DNA of 64,000 nucleotides from Fimbriosthenelais zetlandica (taxonomy: Eukaryota). The position numbers and the translations under genes are program-made. Shown in pieces: positions 23,327 to 37,700 of the stretch. The notes under the pieces are model-generated. The model was not told the DNA's origin. It made no database searches and saw only the letters and a program-made list of their open reading frames with translations. The DNA lies in contig OZ365118.1 in assembly GCA_977030845.1 (NCBI GenBank), forward strand, positions 2,480,001 through 2,544,000. Reading direction: 5' to 3'. How positions within the stretch are numbered: the stretch's first letter is position 1; each line of letters begins with the position of its first letter.

Positions 23327-26300
23327 GTTAGCACTAGCTTTCATTGCTCGACACTTCTACAAGGCAATAGAGAAAAGTTGAAGAGAAAGAGAATGGAGAA
23401 TGGACAAAGTCCCAAGTGATGGAAACATTACGGTGCGTGTGCTTTGTGAGGGAGGGCGCTCTGTCTGAGCAGGAATGAGTTAATCTTGTATTATAAGTTG
23501 CTCGCTCGAGGCCATGAAAAAAAACACTCTTGCTCATCTCTATGGAACAAACCAGCTGTCTGGCCTGCTTGGTTTGTCTGCCTTTATTGCGCCAATTAAT
23601 CCTCCATTGTGTTTGCATAAAACTTCTGGGCATTCCGCACTAACTTTGGAATGTTTAATGAAAGCAACTTCAGAGAATGCTTTGCTCGGAAGCTGGAGAT
23701 CAAAAGAGCTTTTCATATTCAACACATCTTTCCCTTAATGACAGGCAGTTTGGGACAATCCACCAGCAAGCCACTGATCAGCGGATCTATAGACTATGCT
23801 TGCAAAATATCGATAACAAAAAATCTATCAGCAAAATTAAATACTGATACTATGCCAAGAACATAAAGTGTCCTTTTAGAATAGATATTCGATCTACAAT
23901 ACAATATTTAGATCTAATCCTATTTGTATGTCTTCACAATACTTTCCCTTCAATCATTAGTGGTTCATTCTTTGTAGCTTTGCCTAAAGCTTGAGTGGAG
24001 ATAATTATTGTAGGTTGAAAGGCTTAAGCTTACAGTCACACTGATAGAGACAGCTTCTATAATGACGGCCTATACACACACCACGCAGTGAGATATTTCA
24101 TCTTTCAATCATACAACTAATAGCTTGTAATTAACGAGTCGCCAGATTTTAGTATAGGAGAGGGGGGATTCCCCAGACAGAAGAATTAATGACACAACAG
24201 GGGAATGTCTCAGTGACGAAATTTCACTAATTACTTTGTAATCAACTTCAAGAAGTTGAATCTTTAAAGTTCATCCTCCTATATGGAGAAGGCCCTATCT
24301 CAAGTTTTAAAGTTTATGTTTTGGGATGTCCTTATGGGTAGTATAGGTTCTCACAAAATGAAGTGTTTGAGCTTAATGTGTTTAATGTGAAACATGCCCC
24401 TAGAAGAGGCTGTCATGTTAAAAGACAAACACACTAGAGAGTATGTGGCACAGAGAGAGGAGGGGAGAGATGGTGAAGGAGCACTTGTGACAGCAGTGAC
24501 AGTGGCAAGTACTGTATGGAGAGAAGCACTGACAACCATTATAATAGACAGTAATTACAGCCTTATTACGCTGTCAATTAACACGCTCTGATATATGGGA
24601 GCTGTCAGCATCTCCAGTTGTCTGGATGAGGTAGAGGGGCATTCTTATTGACTCCCACAGAGCACGGAGCTGGTCGTATATTGTCAGTCTACACTGACAG
24701 AGCTCTACTGTCAGAATCTCTACTTCCCTCCAGTGCCACTAAGAGACACAGATTGTGGGCTGTCAAAGTGGATTATCAATAAAGTATGAGTCAATATTCA
24801 TGTGGAGAAATCCACGCAGTAAGTCATAAAACTAATATAGACTTTTAGATGTGGTATTTTGAATTTACTTTGGTAAGAAGATGGAGGATGGAGAAAGAGC
24901 CAAGCTGAATGCTTATTTCATTAGGATGCTTCAAAGTACAAATTCCTGATCTTTTAGACTGTCGAAATAGAAAAGTAGGCCCAGAAGGAGTTCCCAAGCC
25001 TCAAAAGAAGCTAATTGCAGATGGTTGGACGGTTACAATAGAGCGGTAGATTGGGTGAGGATGGAGGGAGGGCCCGGGGGTTTACCAACCCATCCGGCAG
25101 ATGGCGTGCCTTCATCAGAGGGCTAGAATACAGGTCCAGATTTATCCCTACTCCCCACGCCATCCACCCACCCCCAGGATAAAGACAAAACTATTCATTA
25201 ACTGCAGATCTGTATGATCTGTAGCAGGGACAAACCTGTATAGAATTCTACTACTAACTGGCATCTGGAACTGGCACTATAAGGAATAGATATCTGTTCT
25301 CCAAATTTCCACTAACAGAATGGAGTTTTAATCATGAAAGGATTGTGGATGTTGGGGAGGCAATAACGCCTTCAATGGTCACAGTTCTGCGTCCACTTAA
25401 TGTTGCTAAGGGCAGGCCTGTGGGCGCCGCCATCTTGTCCTCCCCCTAGTGGCCGTACATAACATCAGAGGAGTGTGATGGCAGCCATATTAGGCTTCTC
25501 CAGTGGCAAGGTCGTCCCAAGGTCAATGGTGCGTCCTCCAGGTGAATCAAGGTGAAAGAGGGGTCAAGGGGTGAAGGGCAGCGGTGATATAATGGGCGAT
25601 AAAAGGTGCTATGGTCATGGATTAGGGTTCAGTGTAGCAGACGACATCCACCAATCCCCAGCCATTCATCTTAAAGCCAGTCTGTGATCTTCTCCTCCAC
25701 TCAGACATAAAAGTTTCTCTCCCTGATTAAAGGCCTTCCCTTTTATCTATTCCTTTTTACACAAATGAACGTTGTTCGATCTCCATAAAAATTCGCGATC
25801 TATGGGGGTGTAGAGGAGGCAGGGAAATCTTCTATAAGCCTAATGTCCTCTAAACTGAGGATCCATAAGAAATGAGCAGAAAGGCAATCAATTGCTGTCT
25901 GTAGCAACCCTTACGGTCTCTAACCCATTGATGAATTAATAGTGATCCCTGTAGAACCATCTAGCGGGCGATTATAAAGATAAAAGCCTGTAGTTTGTAA
26001 TGATTTATTACCACACCCGTGTATTCAGGCTGGTTGACCTAATACCGCCGCCATTTTGTCCATCATCTGCCCCCCGCTCTGTACCTGATGACCTTTTTCA
26101 TGTGGTCACCGCTAGGGTGAGCTTCCCTCAGTGAAAGGGACAATGGACATTATTGATCTGGCCACTGGCTTAACAAACAGTGAGTGGACAGTGTCCGTGG
26201 CTGGTCAGTACCCCCCCCCCCCCGCCCCCCTGTACAAAGCCGGCATCGCCACTAACGACCATGGACGACCTGTCGCACGGAATCTCGCCTTTTCTCTAAG

Positions 26301-28547
26301 AATGTGACCTGAAGTTTGAGGAATCAATAGTAGAATCAATCAGTAACCCCCACATGGTCAGATTGGCAGGAGGAAGTGTGCGGGTATCATGTGGATAGGT
26401 TGGGCTGAGTGGTGGTTAGAAATCAATGTATAAAAGAGACCCTTCTTACATGGGTGACAAGGGATCGATCCCGGCAAAAATACATGCTACTGACATGATG
26501 TAGGGGCTGATAAGACTGATATAAGAAGTATCATGTCTTATCAGTAGCAATAAAGGGAAGCATGGCTGGGTTTGGATCTGCCTGTTCTCCCCCTGGTCTC
26601 TCTGGGGTTATTTGAGATGCTGTGGCTGGCCGATGAGATACTGTGATGTGGGTCTCCGTCGCTCGGCGGCTGGCCGATGAGAAACCTCCATGTCTTGGCA
26701 TGCCATCATGACTGGGTAAGATTAAGGAGCATCTTGTTTGATGGATGATGAAATGTTGCCTGTTTGAGGCTGGGTAATCCGCCTATAATCCGCTTTGTGT
26801 CTGGACTGAGATAATCTGACCACTACTTTGGTGAGGCCAGGGATGGAGCAGGCTGTCTCATGGTCTTGATGGTCATACCATAGTCAAAATCAAGCCTAAA
26901 ACTCTTATTAACACGATTACTAATGGTATATCAACCGGGGACCAGGGTGTCAAATCTGTGGAAGGTAGGGGGCATTGTGGCCTAAAATCACACCATGATC
27001 ACCCTTCAGTCCAGTATATATGAACTTTATAACGAATAGTTAGCAGTACCAGAGGCATACTACCATTTCATATACTACTACCCAAATAAGAAATAAAGCC
27101 ATTGACAAAGCCGTTTGATTGCCTCTTTGACTGACATCTTTTTCTATGTTATTTGTATAATTATTCTTCACTAATTGCTGGTATACAGTGGGAAGCCCTG
27201 AGGGCCTGCTGTATTACTGCTAAGCTGGTAAGTGTATAATCAAATAGCAGCCGTGGGAGTGAGTAGTATAGCAATAAGGCAGTTAGTGCGGGCCCCACGA
27301 GGCCGGACCAGACAAGAGGCTGTACCAACACATACAACCATCACGAGCTGGTGATTTGATTTTAACATCTCAATGTCGTTTCCTTTCATGGATTGAAGTC
27401 AGTCTCTTACAGAAGAAGTACAGAGGCAATGCACAAAAGGAATTCCAGGTCATATGGCTCTGAATATTTTAAGGGAAATATTTGAAAATGCTCTTGAGAC
27501 TTATTAGCGAGTTTTAAAAGATTCAAATCTTTCTTCGCTGCTTCAGGGACATCTGAGGAGTTTTAATGACGACAGAGACCACCAGATAATAAAACATTCT
27601 CAGGGAGATTTGTCTTTTCATCTTTCCAATTTGGAATCCACAACTGGAGTAATACCAGGGGACCCGCTTTGTCATTTTAGTTTTAATGGAGAACAAAACT
27701 CAACATGTGGCCTATTTCTTGGGCGAATATAAGTTTTATGAAGACGTAATTGCTTTAAGTTTGGGATTGATGGATGGAGATTTATAGTACAATACCGGTA
27801 TAAAACCAGATGAAAGTTGGATGGAGAACAGTGACAATATTTCCATGTCATACTTTATACCACTCAGGTTAATTTACAATATAATTAGTGACAGAGAGAG
27901 AGGGTGGCTCTCACCAGACGTGGCTACAGTCTGTTCTACCAGTACCCCGCCTGTCATGTGTAATGACATGACTGGCACGTTGATGGACCAATAAAAGCTA
28001 TGAACACAGCGCCAGAAAAGCCATCACGGCTTTTTGGAGGACAGAATAAACAAGGAGAGAGGTGGATATAGATATAAAGGGACGGGTAGGATGAGGGAAT
28101 GAGGGGATGGGTGTAAATCATGGGCTTTTATAGAGGACCTATTAGACTTAAATACAGCAAACAATGAATCAACCCCTGAATGGACTGCAATACGTCTTTT
28201 CTTTCATCAACTTGTAAGTTTTTTGTTTCAAAAAGGGGTTAAAAATCAAAGACTTTTCGATTGGATATTTATGTTGTTCAAAGTGATTTACTTGATTTAC
28301 AAGCGTTATCTGCTTCTGGGACCTGGGAATCTTTATCTAAGCCTCGTGTGCCCAATTCTACTATTTTGATGAATCATTCTGAAACTTTCCTACAGGACAT
28401 ATTGTTCCTGGGGGACTTTTTGGCTTATTCCTTCTGGAATTTTCCAGCATCCTTATAATCCAGTTGTGGGACAATCCAGAGTAGGAACTGGTAGACATAG
28501 CAGGGTAAAGGGTCCATACATATATAAACCATTTGGTGGGTATATAT

Positions 28548-28598
28548 GTAGAGGGTGGGATGGCTAGTGTAGAGGGTGGGATGGCTAGTGTGGAGGGG
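28548..28598. repeat. 21-bp tandem repeat, about 2.4 copies
   Basis: Unit gtagagggtgggatggctagt. Confidence 0.85.
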
Positions 28599-29831
28599 CT
28601 GGAGAGGAGAGACTGGAGTCAATATGAGTCTGTATGGCCTGGCACTGTGCTCACATTATCGATACCAAACAGTACGGAAAAAAGCCACCAGGGGTGATAA
28701 ATCACGTGGTCTGGTTGGAGTTTTGGCGAGATCTGGCGAGTGAGCGGTAATAGGGGGCGGTATGACTCCATGATAAACTAGCCACGCGAGACGCGAGATT
28801 TCTAAACGCGACCTCTATCGGCATCGATTATAATGACAATAGCAGGGCTGTTTTTAAAGGCAGACCATTGTGGGCCATATATATCGTAATTACATGCATA
28901 TGGAATACATCAATTAAACCTAGCTCACAGACAATGCATCACTAAAAGGGATGGGTTTTTTTTCTCTGAAATATTCAAATATGTATGCCGGAGAAAGGCA
29001 ATGAATGATTTCACCACATGTCAATAAATAACCATTCCCAAATGATGAAGACCCTTGACATGCCATTTAGCAATGATGTAGCAGACAGAGATGATATCTG
29101 CCTATTTGCCTCTTCCAGCTACCTAATTAGCTGGCCTATTTTATATGTTTTATCCCTGACTTGGTCGTCCACCTAATTAGCAGAGGATCCATATTTCTTT
29201 TATCGGGATTTGACATAAGAGAAAAGGAGAAACAGATCAGGGGGATTGGAACCCCGGAGGCTAGGAGATGATGGGAGCGGGATAATAAATGGATGGCCTA
29301 GGTTTTATCACAATATCTGGCCAATCTCTTCAGAAACTCCGACAAAAATGGAAAGTTTGGAAAAGGATTGTTCCTAGATGGAATGAGAACAATCCCTGAA
29401 CATGATTCTGATTAAAACATGGAATGAAATTAGAGTCACAGCTGTGTATGCCCGTTAGGTTCAATATAAGTGTGCAGTGACGTGGAACTAGTGACATTGT
29501 CAAGATAATATGATAATTAGTGCCAGACATGTCCCCCAGATAATAACCTGTCAAATTATTAGATTTACATCAACTTGATGGCGACCCAAACTCAGGACTT
29601 TTGAACTAATTCTAACGTCTAATTTAATAGTACATTATCATGTTAGTTTTGGTAAATATTCAACTTGTCTGCGGCGATGATCTCCCAGCCTGAATACCAC
29701 CATAGCTGTTGTATTCACTGTCCACACCCCCTCGACACATTTATTATATTCTCCCGGGGGAGGAAGTGGTAATTACCGGAAGTTGATCCCATCTAACGAC
29801 ACCGCCAATTCACCTTTATCTGAGGAGAGCT

Positions 29832-29865
29832 CCACTAGGTGGCGCCCCCGCCCGCCAGGTGGCGG
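29832..29865 (+). promoter_or_regulatory. Two tandem exact CTCF-consensus sites
   Basis: CCACTAGGTGGCGC (29832-29845) and CCGCCAGGTGGCGG (29852-29865) both fit CCRCYAGRKGGCRS. Confidence 0.55.
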
Positions 29866-31656
29866 GTCGGCGCATCAATCATGGCGCCCGGCTGGGGGAT
29901 TGGGATTGCTTTAAGCTAAGCCTCAGACAGAGTTACTTTCTTTTTTTCCAGTTTTTCCTGATGTAGCATTTATCTTTATTCCGTCAGGACAGGTGTTGGC
30001 TGCTGGGAGAGAGGTGCGATACTTGACAGTTCTTCCCGATGAGATAAAACCTTCATATTGGCATATAATCTCCGGGGAAATAGTCTGTGGTTTAATAAGG
30101 GAAAGTAAATCATAAATCTCCAGTGAAATGGTATACTCACTGCCTAGCATCAGGATCATATCTCTTCATTTTGTTACGAGACTAGGGAGCCATGGGGATG
30201 GTAGCCCCCATGTGTGAATATTAATTTTTCTGAGTCTTCAAAGTAATGGCCAAGTATCTCTTCATGTCAAGAATAGGCCAACATATTCAAGCTATACATC
30301 AAAAAAGACTCGATCATCGTTAAAGTTCGAACAAGGCCTACTGAAAATACAGGAGCCAAACAGATAAATAGCGCCAGCCGTGTCCATTCATACTCATTCA
30401 AGCTGCTAATATGCCCCACAGGATGCGCCGGGTTGGGAAACTATAGGAAGGGGCTCTGTCTTGAATTGCTTCATCTTTTTTTCTCACTTTAATGAATGGT
30501 AAGGCCCTCGGTTTAAATGAATGGTAGGCCCTGCGGCCGTGGACGGTAGAGCCTTATTGCGGCGGTCATGAAGCTGGGCTCCACCATCCATCAAGGTGCA
30601 CCTCTGATGCTCTCAACACGGACTACTTTCATAGGGACTACTTTCTTCAATTGTTCTAGGCGGTGATTAGGCTCTTCAAGGTCTAGGAAGCCAAGCAGGC
30701 GAGACAAGTAGCTCTAGCCTGTGTTCCCACCAGCGTCACATTCAGTGAATCGTGTTAGAATAGTTTCAGATAGAGACAATCGGCTAAAAGCTTTTTCATT
30801 ATCCCTCCTTGAGTGGAGACTTTACCTCTAAATGAGCCCAATGTTCCCCTCTACATACACCCTATAAACAGCCAGGGTTATTTTTTTTCATTTTGCCTCA
30901 TCTTTGCCAATGGGTATACACTAGATACTAATGGGACTAAATATGAAAGTCTCTCACCCATTATGACTGATGTGTTCAATGGCAAATGTCAAACACTAAA
31001 CGTCAAAGATATCATTAAGATACAAATTATAGTAAGTGTTTATCGTGAGTCAGTCTGTGAGGACATAGTCGGCTCTCGTGTTTGATTTGTCAAGAATGTA
31101 ATGGGAAGTTAATGAGTGTTAAAGCATCAGGCGCGTCCTTCACGTGAGGGGAGCAGGGTTTTACTATAGACGCACGTATATTGTCCCTATAGGATCCACA
31201 GTAATGGTCGGTATTTACTGTATGTGCTATACTCGCCTACTGGGACATGTTTAAATGTACAATTCATTCACGTCATCTATCTTAATGGAGACAAATCCAC
31301 GACCGGAAGTCACACAGCCCTAGTACATTAGAGCTCGAGACCTTGTAGTATAAGAGATAGCCGCTAGGGCAGAAAGAGGCGCCGCAGGTTAGTGAGGTAT
31401 TCCCGACATTAAATGAGGGAACATGAATGATGATTTCTTAACCTCACCTCATCTGATATATCGCCTTAAAACTGGTTCATCTGAATTGCCATAGTAACCA
31501 TGTAGATGGTGCTGATTGGTTGGAGTAAGCCACGTGAGGAGACCACGTGACCTGGTGATGAATGGTGGCTCCGCCTGGCGTGAATCGGTGGAGTAAATCA
31601 GGGATTATCACTGGTTTGTTAACATGGAAGAGCATGGCGTGTATTAAATCAACCAT

Positions 31657-31719
31657 CCTCAAACCCAGCCTCGCCTCAACAGATCCACCCTCAAACCCAG
31701 CCCCGCCTCAACAGATCCA
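31657..31719. repeat. 32-bp tandem duplication
   Basis: cctcaaacccagccYcgcctcaacagatcca twice. Confidence 0.9.
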
Positions 31720-34700
31720 GCCGGGAACCCACCGCTAACGAGGCTTCAAACAACATTTATTTAAAATCTGGGGCAAACCTATTAAAGATTCAAGACAAGG
31801 TGAAGTCATTTCCTCGTTAGCAATCTGCCTGTAGGTGTACGACTTGGCCAGAATGCCAAAACGAGTACAAAACGGAAGAAACCGCTGCAGGTGTGGTTCA
31901 AGTAAATGCTGGCCATTATTTTCACTGCCTACTAGAAATGCAAATGGTGGTTTTTATCTTGCATGAAATAGGAAGCATGTCGATAGTAGGAAGGCAGTGA
32001 GGAATGAAGCGTCACCTGGTGGGACGAGATGCTATCAATGTTTATCAATGTCTGTGCTGTGACTATCAGCCATATCAAGTACAGCTCGGATCCCGATCTC
32101 TACAGGCCAATGGATGGCTCTAAAATACCCGTCACCCTGCCCCCCTGAGACACCTACCTCCACAGAATCCCGCCAGGGGCACTGCTTCAGAAATTGAAGC
32201 TTTTTTTTGTAAGAATTTCATGGTCTGTGGAGGCTGGTGGGAGGTGCTGTAGGCAGGGACATTATATTTTATCGGTGGCCGGAGATTAGGTCCATCTACA
32301 TCAAATCAACATGAGACCGAGCACTGGCCAATATTGATTCAGCACAATTTAATCAGCCATCGATAAGCAGAAAGCAAAGGCGAAGGGTGGCCATTGTTTG
32401 TGTGTGAATGGAAATGGCATGGAAAGGGAGAGGGAGAAGGGAATAGGAGTATAGGAACAGGGGCAGAGAAGGGAAGAATTGGCCATAAGTTATCAAAACT
32501 GGGATAGTGATAGCAGAAAATGCTGGAAGTATTTGCAGAAAATCCCAGAATTTGAATGGAAAACAACGCTAACTGATATCATGTTATGCCATTCAAAATC
32601 ATTAAGGCCAGGATCTGTCTTCATTATGCTAATTTAAGTCATGCGAGGCATAAAAACATGATATGAAGGAGGAAGTATGTGAGTGGGTGGTCCGTCTGTC
32701 AGGGGTGCCATCCTAACTTTCTTCTTCCATCCATATCTCACACAGTAAGATATCATATTGTGTGAAATAAACCCCGCTTCCTGCCATTAAAAGCTGCTGC
32801 CTCATGGGCGTTGTCTTGTTTAAGACTCCCTCAAGTCCTGTCAATTAATAATTCACTACGAAACAGAGCTCAACGATACAAAGATCTCCCTGACTAAAGC
32901 TCTCTCTTTTAGATAGCGGAGATAGCGTTATCAACCACAGGAAGGATTCATTTCCCGAAACGCAGACATAAAACGGTTACTATGTTCTTTTACTTATCAG
33001 TGTTTTTATTGGCTGCAGCATGTAAAGGAGCACCAATCAAAACACTTGATACGGGGTGACCATCATCCAATCAGCGGTGAATTTTAAGGACACGTGATCA
33101 GCTAGCGCATCAAGGGAAGCATGTGTTTGAACAGTCTGCAGGAGGTTATAGAGACGAGATTGTTGTATGGTGTGGGCTGCAGGAGGGTGAAAAGACGAGA
33201 AGCTCGTACGAGGAGAGCAAATATTCGTCAGATAAATAGCACACAAGCCTTGCCAGATCCCAGTGCAGAGAGGGACTTTTTATAATCAAATTCAGGAAAT
33301 GAAATATCAATATTGGGGCACTTGGCCTTGGTGCAAATATCATTCTCGTCCTCTGAAAAATGTGGATTTGGTGAATGAAATCCATGATTGAAATGTTGGG
33401 CTGGAGTGGGCAGTGCTCCACCCCACGGCCTTGATTTTACATTCCCATGGACGCCTTCCAAACAATGACTAGTCCACCGAGGAATGGGGGAGAGAAATAA
33501 ACAATATGAATAAATAAAGCCAGCTCCCATGAGTCAGTTAAAACGCCATTAATCCTGCAGCACTGGGGCATGTCTATGTTTACAGCTAAATGATCAATGG
33601 TTGAAAAGGCGAGGTTTATAGTGGAGTAGAGAGCGGACAATAGAACGAGCAAATGAAAAAATGAGGCAATGAGGAGGCAAATACAATGCTCCATCCTTAC
33701 ACAGGATAATTGCCCATTTTCATGTGAATTGCAAAGAGATTTGTGCTGAACGTTTTAAATTCAAACCCAGCCATCTTCTCTATGGTCCAGCGTCTCTCTT
33801 GACCACCAGGTAGTCATTTATCATGTCATCACACGCCCCGTCACACATAAATCATCATACGTCACGTCATGACGTCCACCCTCTACACGTACCGACGTTT
33901 AGACTGAGCGCGGAGGGAGTATGACAGATTGCTGTACTTGTCATCTGAATGGCCAGTGGGGGGTTGGTGGAAGAGCCGTGACCCCCAGCAGGGTCATTAG
34001 ACTGGGGGGTGGTGCCTTTGAAGGCCAGTTCCTCCAGGGTCTAGTGGGGTCAGCCTTCCTGTGTTAAGGGTCAATCTAGGTCGGCGTGTTTACTAGTTGA
34101 CTATGACAGGTCAGAATGAGGGCAATATGATGGCGACCTCTGAGGAATGGGAAGGACATGGGAAAGTTGATATTATATAGTGTGACATCAATAAAACATG
34201 GTAACCACATGTTAACCCTGGCCATAACCAACAAGGCACTGTATCTGGCAAGAAACACCAAGTCAAACAGGTCCTCTGGTTAACTTTGTCTCCTGAAACT
34301 ACAGGGCCTTGCATAGATTGCCTATCTGAAAATGGAAATATTTAAAAGATGTCTTCCATTCTGAACGAGATTGTTAAAGCTGAATCATTTCATTTCCACT
34401 GGCAATAACAGAGCCTAAAAGTGGTAATTGTGTCTTTCCAATCTGACTTCCATTAAATGTAGGGGGAGGGTGCTCCAGGCCACTCTGATGGCTGGAGAAA
34501 GTCAGACGATAAGCAGCCTCGCTCAACCATTTTACCTCTTATCTAAAAGGGGCCAAAATGAGTTAATATATTGGCTTCTCTGTTTGGCTTTTCTATAGAA
34601 GAGTGGTGAATCACAGCAGCCAATGAGTGTCCCGCTTCCTGATTCAGAGCAGACGACATTTTCTCTACAAATATTCCATTTACCGTGACTCAGTCAGCCG

Positions 34701-37700
34701 TGTGGGGGCGCGCCTGTTCCTCAACAGGCTACCTGCCAATGAGCGATAATGGAAGAAAACCAAACGAGGGGAAATCCCCGGATGTGTAAGTGCAAGTCAT
34801 ACATCATAGTCAGCGGAAGAGGTGTGCCCGGCCAAATCCCCCGCTTCTCAGCAGAAAGGTGGAATTGAATTGGATGGAACTCTGGGTATGGTAGAATCAC
34901 ATGGGACCTGGGGACGCCAGGTGGAGGTGAAGTTGTGGCTTACCATTAGTACAAAATACCTGTCAGGGTTTGTCTAAAAATAGATACCACGAAGATGACG
35001 CCTTTAATAACAAAGACCATATGCTTTAGGTATGAGGAAAGGACTGAATATTCTGAATTCTATGAGGACTTTTCATCTAGAAGTATACCGGGTTCATAGA
35101 GAGAGGCTTTCATAAATGATTCAAAAGATATGTCAATGTCTGTGATGATATCGCCAGGTGCTTTTACTCCAGCTTTACAGAGAATGTACATAGTTATAAT
35201 CTATATATGAGCTGCTCTCTCTGATTACAAAGGATATGAGCTTGTCATGGCAAGGACAGGGGCGCCATCTAGACGCGGAGTCTGTCATCACGTGATGCCT
35301 GTACCAAGCTCTCATTGGCTGCTTCTTAACCAATGAGAATTAACCCCTGTCAACGTCCATATTTAAATTACCTTTCATCCTCCATCCATATAGCACGCCC
35401 AGACATATCACTCGCCATTATATTTATTTATAATTAACTTGAAACAAAGATTGAAAATTTGGTAAAACCATCCTCAGTCACAACTGTGAGGGGTAGGCAT
35501 ACATCAAACTTGATAAAAACGATGAAAAGCTGACAAACTCTAAACGCATCACCAGCAAAGAAAGGATCAAAGGGTCGGGGGTAAGAACATTCCAGATTTA
35601 TCCATGTTCTGTGGACGGAAGCGATTTAATCATCATAAAAACGTTCTGAAACATGGCAGAGCACGTAAAATGTATACAAAAGGCTATGAATTACAGGGAG
35701 TGGGAGTCGAGTGTAAAGAACAATATGAGAGAAATCATGATGTACTCACACAGTGGATGTATGTACGACCCTGGTGGGGATAATGTAGCACACATGTTAA
35801 TGACTACCTCAGCTTTTTATACTCACAGCCAGTCAAAGCACCAGACGAGTGTTTGATTTATAAAGTCATGGCCATGGTGAGAAGTCAGGGCTATAATCAT
35901 TGACAGTACGTGTTCAAAACAGAACATCAAAGACATCATATTGAACCTATAATGTGGACTCAAAACATAAAGTGTCAGAGACTATAGTACACATGAATAG
36001 TTGGACTTCCACGTCATTCAACACGTCATAAATAAATATACACGACGATAAGAAAAATGGACGCTGTTCCTTTTGATTTCTTCTCTGTCTCTAGACGATG
36101 ATTTGACGCAATGACAAAACCAGAGGTGGTGAAAACATGTGGTGGTAATATGAGATGAAAATATTCCCGCCTGATATCATGGAACCATTACAATGATTGG
36201 GGAGAGGGAGGCTGGGGGGGGGGGGTGACCTCAAGACATGTGGTGGTTCAAGATGTTACTAAATGATATACGGGACAAGGTATGGTTTTAAGCTCACTCA
36301 CGATGTATGTAATCTTAATCAGACCAAGAGAGCTCCATAAATTATTATTAGGAAGATAACTGCATGTGATAAACATGAGAAAAGAACATGTGGCACATAT
36401 ACAGAGGGTTACTAAAGGACCCTGCTTGGTACCTAGGACTGAGACATTAGATGGGCTAAAGAGGAAAGCATGAATAAATGACTCATGCTTTTTCTTTCCA
36501 TGTCAATAAAGAGTTCATGGGATATAGCTAATATCGGGCAGAAGTATTTGGTGCTTCACCATCGAGTCATTACTTCAACATGTACACTCCTGGCAGACAA
36601 AATGCAAACAATATCATCACCGGAAGTCTGTGAGCAAATCATAGCGAGATGATACCGCGTGGAGGAGCCACTAGTGCAGCTTCCGTCCTGCTCATGGCGG
36701 CACAGGAAGTAGTGGGTTTGTTTGCGTGCGCAGCTTTTGAGCGTCTGAGTAAACAGGGACAAGTAGGAAGTTCTGGAGGGTATGCTGGCCTGGCTTCCTC
36801 TTCCGGCTGTGCTGAATGAGCAGCTCAGGCAGATCCCAGCTCCAGGCCCCATTATTTCTCCAGTTCTTATTGCTGGAGGACTCTGGTTAGGTCTATTTAC
36901 CCACACAATATGGGCGATAATAAGGCTGGGTGGCCACCACAGATGGGATTGTATCTAAAAGCTAGTCTGTGGATCCAAAATGCACGAGAAAGAGGACATC
37001 AGCAGATAAAAAACTTCAATACTCTTGAGCTTAATAATTGAGGAAAAAAGCTCGGGCAAAATGCTTCATATATGTGCAGATGACGCCATTACATCCATAG
37101 AAAAGTCTCTAGGGTTAGATTTGTCACATTTTGTTTGAAGTCCAATAATGGTGAGAATAAATATTGGAAGTTTAGCTTAAGGCGAGCATCATTTGATGAG
37201 GGTTATTGCCTCTAGTTGACGCTATGATTGTAACACTCCACCTTTTGTTCATGTGTGTTTACATAGCCGTAAAACAACCAGCCCTATCATCAGCCTAGAT
37301 GTGCAGAGCTGACACGAATTATACCAGCTCCAAAAACACCAACCACTGCTTCTGTTTAAAATGTTACATTTCATGTACCAATAGGCCCATCACATACTTG
37401 CATAATAATGCTCAAAGAGCGATTGCCTCAGCCAACAGATACGTAGAGAACATTTCCCTTCTGTAACAATGGCTTTTTGTGATATTAACCGCATTTTTGT
37501 TGCCATAATTGCACAGCAATTGGCATGGAATAGAGAAGTGTGGGCAGCAGGGGAGAGGGGGAATCTGACAGTGACAAGTCGTCAGTAGCAGACTCACCTG
37601 GTGGTTATTAACATACCATGGTTTGATGTGTACATAGGGGCATATAAAACACGGACCATCCACCCCCTGGTAACAACCAAACACCCCCATCACACAAGAC

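Noticed and set aside
25947-25958. CCCTGTAGAACC, resembling the 5' part of miR-10
   Set aside because: The match stops after 12 nt and I saw no precursor hairpin.
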